Shown here in pieces: positions 56,032 through 64,000 of a stretch of 64,000 bases of DNA (position 1 is the first letter of the stretch; each line of letters opens with the position of its first letter). Below the pieces are notes generated by a model. The model had not been told where the DNA came from. It ran no database searches and saw only the letters and a program-made list of their open reading frames with translations. Both the position numbers and the translations under genes were made by a program. Origin of the DNA: Novakomyces olei (lineage: Eukaryota); the NCBI GenBank assembly GCA_016906335.1, contig JADEYG010000007.1, forward strand, positions 1,674,001 through 1,738,000, read 5' to 3'.

Positions 56032-57087
56032 ATGAACAATAACGTTCTTGAAGAGGGGAGGCAGCGCAAGCGATACGCGCTGGACAGCGGTAAGTTCCAA
56101 TGTGTTGTGTGCACTCGACAGTACACCCGAAAGCACGACCGCGACCGTCACATGGAGATGCACGACCCTGATCTGGTTGGCTGGGCCGAAGAGTGGTTTA
56201 AGGAGGAAGACCGACCGAACAAACAGTTGGCGAGAGACATTTTTACTCTGCTCGCATCGGTTGATTTCGAAAAGCTCAAGCCCCATAGCGAAAGGTTTGT
56301 TTTCGATTGCAAGCCAACATGGGCACATGTCTTCGAGGACCTTTTGGAGGATGAGACAGCTTTGTTTATGGACATACGGGTTCGCGTGCATGATGACGAA
56401 ATACGAATCGCCCAGGTCCTCGCATCATTCGTCCAGCCGGGGACTACGAGATACGCAGCCTACAATTTGAGGCCGATCAGCGAATACGGTTTATCGTCAG
56501 TGGGCCTTCGCGCGCAAGGATTGTTGAAGGAAAGTTATTTGAATGAACTTGGATGGAACGGGACTGCCACACCGTCGGGCACAATCACGGACGTTCACGT
56601 GGATCCGGTTCTGTGCGAAACCGTCATTGTGGGAATTCTTGGGAGAAAGCTGGTCTTTACGTGGGCCAATTCAGAGGCCAATTTACAGAAGTTGGAGCCC
56701 TATCATCGCAGGCCAGGAGACTTTATATTACCTGAAGCTCTTCGCAGCCTCGAAGGGTTAAAGATTGGAGTACTAGAGCCGGGAGTTATTTTTCGATTAA
56801 GGTCTGGGACACCACATGCGGTGATGTCTTTTGAGAAAGCAGTCTTGATGGGTTACTATATTGCTAGCGAAGACCAGGCTTTATACCGAGTGGCAAAGTG
56901 GGAATCGTCGTGGGCTAGTACACAGTTCCCAACTATTCGAGACGAGGTAAAGGAAGATCACGAACGTTGCTTGATGGCATATCGTGATTGGGCAGGAGAA
57001 GACAGCAGGAGACAAGGCTGGTACAAAAAGGCACAGGCGGCAGTGTCTACGTTTTTGGAAGAGGAGGATAGTGTCATATCAATATGA
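56032..57087 (+). CDS. Element A ORF3: C2H2 zinc finger + JmjC (2OG-Fe(II)) domain protein, 351 aa
   Basis: FQCVVCTRQYTRKHDRDRHMEMH; TDVHVD (His 56596), GRKL, SGTPHAVM (His 56815); TATATA ~60 bp upstream of the ATG. Confidence 0.82.
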   Translation: MNNNVLEEGRQRKRYALDSGKFQCVVCTRQYTRKHDRDRHMEMHDPDLVGWAEEWFKEEDRPNKQLARDIFTLLASVDFEKLKPHSERFVFDCKPTWAHVFEDLLEDETALFMDIRVRVHDDEIRIAQVLASFVQPGTTRYAAYNLRPISEYGLSSVGLRAQGLLKESYLNELGWNGTATPSGTITDVHVDPVLCETVIVGILGRKLVFTWANSEANLQKLEPYHRRPGDFILPEALRSLEGLKIGVLEPGVIFRLRSGTPHAVMSFEKAVLMGYYIASEDQALYRVAKWESSWASTQFPTIRDEVKEDHERCLMAYRDWAGEDSRRQGWYKKAQAAVSTFLEEEDSVISI

Positions 57088-57398
57088 CATAATTCCGTTT
57101 TCATCGGAGATAATCCGTTCGATTGCGGATTATTTCCAATTCCGGAATTTTAGTTAGCCACTTTGTGGCTTAGACAGTCTTTTCCGTAGTTGTTTCTATT
57201 TTTAGTTATAGTTAGTTAGTTCCAGCAAGGATAAAAGGAGGCCCGTTCGCACTTTTATCCGACGCTGATTATCGACCGTGTCGACCGTGTTGACCGTGTA
57301 AACCGTTTTAAGTACTATTACCTTCCATTTGGCTTCCCACCACAGTTGCCGTGAAAGCAACACAGCCGTACCCAAACCAAACAAAGAAAAACACAACA
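57072..57398 (+). repeat. Element A 3' LTR
   Basis: Direct repeat of 44465-44791. Confidence 0.96.
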
Positions 57399-57613
57399 TA
57401 CTGATTATAATGAAAATCAAATATACAGCGAACTTATATACAAAAATAATACTGAAGCCGATACGGAGAATAAAAGGGACCACGACACAACTCATCCCAC
57501 GCAAGGGATCAACACAACTATAATTGACAATCTACCAAAACTAAGTAGTGAACTGTCAAACAAGGTACCTGAACAAATTAAATCGCCAAATAGTCTATCA
57601 AATACTCTCGAAA

Positions 57614-58443
57614 CGCAATTGGTCGTCGACCATGACACCTGCCGGGACATTTACAAACGTCCACATTGACCCTGTGGCGTACGGCAGTGTTATATTTGGG
57701 ATATCAGGAACGAAGGTAGTGCTGATGTGGCCTCCTACAGAAGTGAATCTAAGAACTTTCGAGGAATATCATCGCTCTACTCAGGGTCGGGTCATGCCAA
57801 GACACCTCCCTACGCTTAAGAGCCTCCATTACAGTGTGTTGAGGAAAGGGATGATGTTGAATATGGAACCGGGAACGCTTCACGCGGTTATCGCTGTCTC
57901 GGACAGCTCGTTACTTGGATACAACTATGTGTTATAACTGTGGAAATTACTCACTGTTATAACTTTTAGATTAATTAAATCTACCCTTAAACTATGGAAA
58001 ACCTTGTCCTTTTATAGACTTCAAGGCTCAGCTCTTATCTTCGTAATTTGCCAAGAGATAGGATCAAGACTTTCCTATCAATTAGTAATCAGATAGGATC
58101 AGAAGTAACCGATCAATTAGTAATCACCTTATCATTGATAAGATACAGATACCCGATCAGTGGCTTGATTTAATGATTAGTAATTAAATATTCCTCCAAA
58201 TCGGTTAAATTCCCTATTTGGAGTGAATTAATTTAATTTAATTATGTCATTTTTAATTTTATTTTTACTATCTACACTATGGCCTAACACTATGCCGCGA
58301 AGGACTGTGAATGCCTTCAGCGAGTGGTCGACTGGGAAGCCAAGTTAGCCCAGAAGAGACCAGGGATCAAAAGCGCGGTGATACAGGAACACCGGACTAT
58401 GGTGGATTTTTACAGAGAGGTCTACGGGACGGACCTACCAGGG
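57614..58443 (+). pseudogene. Second JmjC gene fragment (diverged homolog of element A ORF3), split by a solo LTR and truncated by a B-type LTR
   Basis: TPAGTFTNVHID..GTKVVLMWPPTEVNL..EPGTLHAV..LLGYNY; frame restored after removing 57930-58294. Confidence 0.8.
57930..58289. mobile_element. Solo LTR of a further family (360 bp)
   Basis: TGTTA...TAACA termini; TSD CTATG at 57925-57929 and 58290-58294. Confidence 0.85.
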
Positions 58444-59167
58444 TGTCATGATCCTCGCCTTGGCGAGTTCCTGACAACCGCGTTGGGAAGCGAGGGGCGA
58501 CGCCTGTAGTCGGACTTGGGATGTCCGCGCGTCGCAAGCTTGATCCTCGCCTTGGCGAGTTCCTGACAACCGCGTTGGGAAGCGAGGGGCGACGCCTGTA
58601 GTCGGACTTGGGATGTCCGCGCGTCGCAAGCTTCGCCAACGCGGCCCAAGACCAGTCGGCGCGTAACGCGATGGTCTTGGGACGTAGAAGTTGTCTTAGT
58701 GTGCATGTAGGTACGCGCACTAAGCCAGCTTGGCCCACGGGAGCGAGGGGCTCCATGCACAATGTGCACGGACCTCGCTTCCCGTTCTCATCCTCGCACG
58801 CTAGCGAGTGCGACCCTTCGCACTCCGCTAGCGCGAGAACATTCATAGTTATTTCCATAGACTAGTTTAGGCTGAGAGCTTCCCTCTCTAACTTGTGCGA
58901 CCTTCGCATAAGTTAGCTTGGGAAGAGTAGTTTAGAATGCGAAAGAGCATCCGCTCCTCCGCAACTTAGTTTAGTTTATAGTTGCCCGTGAAGGCCTCTC
59001 GCCCTTCACGGGTTGATTATCTCAAAGTGGGAGTAATATATTATATTACTCCTGGTAAGCTTTACAGTAATCGCTTTCTGTTTCTCTTGTGCCATTTATT
59101 CCTTTACTTCTATTTAGAACTATACACGACCGGCCCCAGCGTTTGTAGCTGTAAGGACCGTCTTACA
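58444..59167 (+). repeat. Third, diverged B-family LTR with 92-bp internal tandem duplication and non-matching flanks
   Basis: Homologous to 45375-46006; 58449-58540 repeated at 58541-58632; flanks CAGGG / CACTC. Confidence 0.93.
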
Positions 59168-59282
59168 CACTCGTCCCAACTTTCTGTAGTACTTCGTAAG
59201 GACCCAATCTCGTGTGGTCAAGCTTCGTGCTTGGTCGTGTGGTTTCAATGTGCTTTCGGCGAAGCCAAACATAATCACCAGG
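59168..59282 (-). pseudogene. Fragment of a gypsy integrase GPY/F region in opposite orientation (element E)
   Basis: Minus strand reads PGDYVWLRRKHIETTRPSTKLDHTRLGPYEVLQKVGTS, matching element A PGDNVWIQRRHIHSERPSDKLDHTRLGPF. Confidence 0.88.
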
Positions 59283-59687
59283 TGTTATGTTACGATTTAA
59301 TTTATTTCTATATTGTTATTGCGTCTTCGATAGCACCGACGCTATTGAAGCGCTATATTATTATTTGTTTGTTGTCTTTATTTAATATTGAATATTTATT
59401 TAAATATTTACTTATTATTTATTATTTATTGACTATTATTGTTCTGACTGCTTTTACTTGTTAGTTTGTTTAATCGTTTAAGTAGTTAGTGTTTCTAGAA
59501 TATTCTACGTAGCGAGGATATAAATAGAGGTCCTGCTTCTACTTTTCTCGCTACGTGTAATCGAACTTTGGGGAGACCCAATCTTTTAAACCCAGTTCTA
59601 TCTCTTAATTTTCTCATAGTCCCAGAGCCGGCGTGAAATCCGGCAATTGGGTTCTCCTTTAGGCTTTCGCCTTCTACAACCATAACA
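59283..59687 (+). repeat. Element C 5' LTR (inferred; partner outside window)
   Basis: TGTTATG...CATAACA inverted termini, TATAAATA at 59519, self-complementary PBS just downstream. Confidence 0.8.
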
Positions 59688-59740
59688 GTATTACACGTCC
59701 ACGATTCGGGGACTGTGACGTTTTCTTCGAGCTTTTTACG

Positions 59741-60652
59741 ATGGATTATCAGCAGCTACAATCGTTTCTTGAGCAAACGACGGCTCGCCTCGAGAGACTC
59801 GAAACGGAAAACCAGAGCCTTAGTGAGCGACTTCGCGCCGCTAATGGAATCGTGTCCAACACGCGCACCAAGGAGCCTAAGCTTGCTCCTCCGCCGTACT
59901 TTTCGGGCGATCGTTCGCAAACGGGGGATTTTCTGACCCATGTCCAGATGGTCATCGCGGGACAACCGGAACGATACAGCACGGATCGGCAGCGTGTTAT
60001 GTTTGCAGCCTCCTACCTTAGGGGAGTTGCTTTTAAATGGTTTGAGCCACATGTCCGTAGCGACAATGGCGCCATACTTGACGATTTTAACAATTTTTGC
60101 CAAACCTTGGAGAAAATGTTCGGGGACAGGGACGTCCGCAGAACGGCTGAAAGACAGATCCGCTTATTGAGACAGAAGGGATCCGTGTCGCATTATGCCA
60201 CAGAGTTTGAGCGTGTTAAGTCGTGGCTTACGTGGAACAACGATGCGCTCGTTGCGCAGTTCTACGAAGGACTTAAAGAGGATATCAAAGACGAATTGGC
60301 TCGTCGCGATCCGCCAGAAGAGCTTGAGAAGCTCATTGAAGAATGCGTTAAGATTGATACTCGCTTGTTTGAACGAAGCAAGGCTAGAACCAGAACGGTG
60401 AAGAGAATACCGGAGTACCGTGGAGTGGGCTCGGCTGGTTATACACCTATGGAAGTTGACTTTTTGGAGACAAGAGCAAGTTTGAAAGATAGCGTCCGTG
60501 CTAACAGGAACGCTAAACCGAAGCATGTTGGCTTTAAGGTCAAATGTTATCGTTGCAATGAAGAAGGACATGTTTCGAAGTATTGTCCTGCACCATATCC
60601 TGCGAGAGATGTGAGAGCAGAGGATTCGAAGAATTTAAAAGGCCAAGCCTAG
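59741..60652 (+). CDS. Element C gag
   Basis: EPKLAPPPYFSG, ASYLRGVAFKW, CYRCNEEGHVSKYC. Confidence 0.93.
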   Translation: MDYQQLQSFLEQTTARLERLETENQSLSERLRAANGIVSNTRTKEPKLAPPPYFSGDRSQTGDFLTHVQMVIAGQPERYSTDRQRVMFAASYLRGVAFKWFEPHVRSDNGAILDDFNNFCQTLEKMFGDRDVRRTAERQIRLLRQKGSVSHYATEFERVKSWLTWNNDALVAQFYEGLKEDIKDELARRDPPEELEKLIEECVKIDTRLFERSKARTRTVKRIPEYRGVGSAGYTPMEVDFLETRASLKDSVRANRNAKPKHVGFKVKCYRCNEEGHVSKYCPAPYPARDVRAEDSKNLKGQA

Positions 60653-63600
60653 AGCCGACGGTGGTGTCTCTAGGGGTGATGGCACAGAAAAAGCCACCAG
60701 ACGATAAACCTTATGGGAGGTTTGAGTTGTCGTGTGTTGTAAACGGCAAGAGAATTAAAGTGCTACTAGACAGTGGGTCAGACACTAATTTTATTAATCC
60801 AAGAACTGTTTTGGCACTTAAGGCCGAGACCGAACGTCTGAAAACACCTATATTTGTCAGAGTTGCAAATGGAAAGCATATTGCACGAGGTGGAGTACCC
60901 ATAAAGACGAAGGATCTACATGTCGATGTACAAGGTTTTGTATCTGAAGAATCATTCCTTGTTACCAATATTGGCAAGAACGACGCCATCCTTGGGTTAC
61001 CATGGTTTCAGAAGCACAATCCAGATATTGATTGGATTAATGGAACTATAAAGCCTCGCAATGCAAGTACTCCTACGGTGAAAGACGAAATTTCGAATAT
61101 ACAGTTGAGCAGTATTACCACGGATGAAGAGATGGTTACAAATACAATACCACCAGAGTATACTGACTTTAAAGATGTGTTTGAAGAAAAGAACGTGGAA
61201 ACATTGCCTCCACACAGAAGTTACGATCACGAGATCGAACTAACAAAGGATTCTGTTGTACCTTTCGGGCCAGTCTACAGTGTCAACCCAAAGGAACAGA
61301 AGTATTTATTGGATTATTTGGAAGAGAACTTGGCTAAGGGATTTATACGTCGTTCCAAGTCGCCTGCAGGAGCGCCAGTTCTATTTGTACCAAAGAAAAA
61401 TGGAGAATTACGATTGTGTGTCGATTATCGTGGATTGAATTCGATTACTATCAAGAACAAGTACCCAATCCCACGTATCGATGACCTTATTGACAAACTT
61501 ACTGGAGTTAAGATTATGTCAAAAATCGATCTCAGAGGAGCATACAATCTTATCAGGATAAAAGAAGGGGATGAATGGAAGACTGCCTTTCGAACAAGGT
61601 ACGGGCATTTCGAATATTTGGTCATGCCTTTTGGTCTTACCAATGCACCCGCCACGTTCCAAAACTTGATGAATGATGTGTTTCGAGATTTATTAGATTA
61701 CAAAGTGTTAATCTATCTGGACGACATTTTGGTATTTTCACGCGATAGGGAATCGCATGTGAACGATGTGAAAGAAGTATTAAGAAGATTGAGAGAGAAT
61801 AATCTTTATGCTAAGGACGAGAAATGCGCATTTCACAAAGAAAGCGTCGAATTTCTTGGTTACAACTTATCGACGAATGGAGTGTCGATGTGCGCAGATA
61901 AAAGGGAACCTATTTTGCAATGGGAGCCACCAAGATCTGTGCACGATGTTCAAGTCTTCCTTGGTTTTTGCAACTACTACAGGAGATTTATAAAAGATTT
62001 TGCGAAGATAGCGTTGCCGATAACACGAACGCTAAAGAAAAATGAAAAGTTTATATGGGAGACAGAGCAGCAGGAAAGCTTTGCTAAATTGAAAAAATGT
62101 TTCGTTAGCGATGTGATGCTACAACACTATGACCCAGATCAACAATGTATTATCGAAACGGATGCGTCTGATTTTGCACTCGGAGCAGTGTTGACGCAAG
62201 GGCCAGAAAAAGGCAGACGACCAGTTGCATTTATAAGCCGAAAGCTTACACCAGCAGAGACTAACTACGACATACATGATAAAGAGTTGTTAGCTATAGT
62301 TTGGGCTTTCAAAGTTTGGAGAACGTATTTGCAAGGTCATGCTATACCAATTATTGTCTACACAGACCATCGCAACTTACAGACATTTACAACGACGAAA
62401 CAGCTCTCTAGAAGACAGGCGAGATGGGCCGAAGTCTTATCAGAGTATAATTTTGTAATCACGTACCGAAAGGGATCAGCAAATGGAGGTGCTGATGCTC
62501 TAAGTCGACGTACCGAGTTAAATGAATTAAAGAAAAGCAATTATATGGACAACCAACAGCGCATATTGCTAGCACCAGAATTGTTTGCAAATGCTATTAC
62601 AACTGATCAAACCACAGGAGATTCTCAAGAGCAGGCAGAAACAGCAATCGCTATGCCAACTAAATTATTTGTCGATGAGAAGGATCGAATTAAAGTATTG
62701 TCACAGGCTCATGACCATCCCCTAGCAGGTCATTTTGGGACAGCAAAAACAATCGCACTGCTGAAAAGACATTTTACATGGCCAGGCCTTACAAAGGATG
62801 CTACAGATTATGTTCAAGCTTGTACAACATGTATGAGAAACAAGACAACGCGCCACAAAAGAACGGGATTACTAAATCCACTACCAAGTCCGACCAGACC
62901 ATGGAAATCTATATCTATGGATTTTATTGTTAAATTACCACAAGCGGGAGGATTTGACTCTATATGGGTTGTGGTGGACAGATTTTCTAAAATGGTGCAT
63001 TTTATTCCGATTAAAGAAGCTGTCACAGCTCAAGAGTTAGCGACAAAGTTTATTTCAGAGATTGTACGCTTACATGGGCTTCCTGACGAAATCATTTCAG
63101 ACAGAGATCCTAAATTCGTGAGTAAATTTTGGACCTGTTTAGCGAAACAATTGGGAATTACGTTGAATAAGTCGACCAGTCATCATCCACAGACTGATGG
63201 TCAGACTGAGAAGATGAATCAAACATTGGAGCAATACTTGAGATGCTATGTGAACTATTACCAGACGAACTGGATAACTTTGCTACCGTTTGCAGAGATT
63301 GCTATGAATAACTCAGTTAGCAGCGCTACACAGCAATCGCCTTATTTTATTTGTTATGGATATCACCCGAGATTATCTTTAAATGGACAGGAAACAGAAA
63401 ATCCTACGGCAAATGAGACTGCCACGAATTGGAGTCATCATTTTGAGAAAATCAATGAATTATTGAATGACAACGCCACGCGAATGAAGAGGTTTTACGA
63501 CAGAAAAGTACGACCAGGACCGGTTTATGAACCAGGAGACCTTGTCTGGATTCGTAAAACGCATATACGAAGTGAAAGACCAAGTGAAAAATTTGATCAC

Positions 63601-63981
63601 ATACACATCGGACCCTTCAAAGTTATTGAACGAATTGGGAGGAGTGCTTATCGAGTGGAACTACCAGCACATATAAAAGTACATGATGTATTTAACGAAA
63701 CAATGTTGGAACCACACAAGCCAGACCGTTTTAATCGAGACCCGACAGATCTTGTTGTACCGGATATATTGGAAGAAACAAATGAATATGAAGTGGATCA
63801 TATTGTGCAACACAAAGGGCGCGGTCGCGGAATACGATATTTAGTGCACTGGAAAGGGTATGGACCAGACGATTGCACTTGGGAGCCATACAGCAATTTA
63901 AGTCACGCACAAGAGGCTGTTGCCGAATATCATACTAAAAGGAAGAATTTAGCGTCTTCACTTTCTCTTACGCTATATTGA
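60634..63981 (+). CDS. Element C pol (PR-RT-RH-IN-chromodomain), -1 frame to gag, uninterrupted
   Basis: LLDSGS, YLDD, TDASDFA, HDHPLAGH..CTTC, GPF, EYEVDHI..HWKGY..TWEP. Confidence 0.95.
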   Translation, partial: FKRPSLEPTVVSLGVMAQKKPPDDKPYGRFELSCVVNGKRIKVLLDSGSDTNFINPRTVLALKAETERLKTPIFVRVANGKHIARGGVPIKTKDLHVDVQGFVSEESFLVTNIGKNDAILGLPWFQKHNPDIDWINGTIKPRNASTPTVKDEISNIQLSSITTDEEMVTNTIPPEYTDFKDVFEEKNVETLPPHRSYDHEIELTKDSVVPFGPVYSVNPKEQKYLLDYLEENLAKGFIRRSKSPAGAPVLFVPKKNGELRLCVDYRGLNSITIKNKYPIPRIDDLIDKLTGVKIMSKIDLRGAYNLIRIKEGDEWKTAFRTRYGHFEYLVMPFGLTNAPATFQNLMNDVFRDLLDYKVLIYLDDILVFSRDRESHVNDVKEVLRRLRENNLYAKDEKCAFHKESVEFLGYNLSTNGVSMCADKREPILQWEPPRSVHDVQVFLGFCNYYRRFIKDFAKIALPITRTLKKNEKFIWETEQQESFAKLKKCFVSDVMLQHYDPDQQCIIETDASDFALGAVLTQGPEKGRRPVAFISRKLTPAETNYDIHDKELLAIVWAFKVWRTYLQGHAIPIIVYTDHRNLQTFTTTKQLSRRQARWAEVLSEYNFVITYRKGSANGGADALSRRTELNELKKSNYMDNQQRILLAPELFANAITTDQTTGDSQEQAETAIAMPTKLFVDEKDRIKVLSQAHDHPLAGHFGTAKTIALLKRHFTWPGLTKDATDYVQACTTCMRNKTTRHKRTGLLNPLPSPTRPWKSISMDFIVKLPQAGGFDSIWVVVDRFSKMVHFIPIKEAVTAQELATKFISEIVRLHGLPDEIISDRDPKFVSKFWTCLAKQLGITLNKSTSHHPQTDGQTEKMNQTLEQYLRCYVNYYQTNWITLLPFAEIAMNNSVSSATQQSPYFICYGYHPRLSLNGQETENPTANETATNWSHHFEKINELLNDNATRMKRFYDRKVRPGPVYEPGDLVWIRKTHIRSERPSEKFDHIHIGPFKVIERIGRSAYRVELPAHIKVHDVFNETMLEPHKPDRFNRDPTDLVVPDILEETNEYEVDHIVQHKGRGRGIRYLVHWKGYGPDDCTWEPYSNLSHAQEAVAEYHTKRKNLASSLSLTLY

Positions 63982-64000
63982 ATTACTTGAGTTAGCGTGC

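Larger units (their letters stand above)
44465..57398 (+). mobile_element. Ty3/gypsy chromovirus element A, full length, with extra JmjC gene; interrupted by element B
   Basis: 327-bp LTRs 44465-44791 and 57072-57398, identical by eye; TSD TACTG at 44460-44464 and 57399-57403; PPT GGAAGAGGAGGATAG before the 3' LTR. Confidence 0.96.
42432..57615 (+). mobile_element. Defective Ty1/copia LTR retrotransposon (own sequence 42432-44464 and ~57404-57615), interrupted by element A; RT, RNase H and 3' LTR absent
   Basis: 5' LTR, copia-type PBS, gag-integrase ORF; the reading frame resumes after the TACTG duplication at 57399 (ATDYNENQIY...). Confidence 0.85.
59283..64000 (+). mobile_element. Ty3/gypsy chromovirus element C, runs off the window
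   Basis: Putative 405-bp 5' LTR, intact gag and pol. Confidence 0.92.

Noticed and set aside
58324-58509. JmjC fragment reading into the B LTR as evidence that B-family elements carry JmjC
   Set aside because: No PPT precedes this LTR and full-length B has no such ORF; better explained as an insertion into the gene
44465-64000. Repeat-induced point mutation in the retroelements
   Set aside because: Long ORFs are stop-free and LTR pairs look identical; no excess of C-to-T changes seen by eye

Overview
Fungal (ascomycete-like, intron-rich, compact) genomic DNA in two sharply different halves. Bases 1-41.6 kb are gene-dense: an SS18/Snf30-like SWI/SNF subunit, TOP2, SOF1, FES1, RIB3, IST1, an ankyrin-DIL protein, a CARM1-like PRMT, a coiled-coil protein, DGK1, a PRS5-like PRPP synthetase, a DUF1115 protein, ALG2, VMA6, a TLC protein, tRNA-Gln(UUG), NUP60-like, HIS5, COG8, mitochondrial S15 and NOP58, with long microsatellites and TTAGGG-type promoter motifs. 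From 42.4 kb to the end there is only a nest of LTR retrotransposons. A deleted copia element is interrupted by chromovirus A (TSD TACTG), which is interrupted by chromovirus B (TSD CTTAG). These are followed by fragments of two more elements, a solo LTR, a recombinant B-type LTR and chromovirus C. Main finding: element A carries, between pol and the 3' LTR, an extra intact gene for a C2H2 zinc finger plus a JmjC domain resembling the KDM2/KDM7/Epe1 group, with its Fe(II) ligands intact. A second, diverged copy of this gene can be rebuilt from a neighbouring fragment. This is a candidate transposon-encoded anti-silencing (histone demethylase) system. Also notable: an apparent splice-dependent FES1-RIB3 fusion gene, Tf1-type self-priming in three LTR families, and a possible mitochondrial presequence on TOP2. 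All assignments were made by eye from motifs; no database searches were run.
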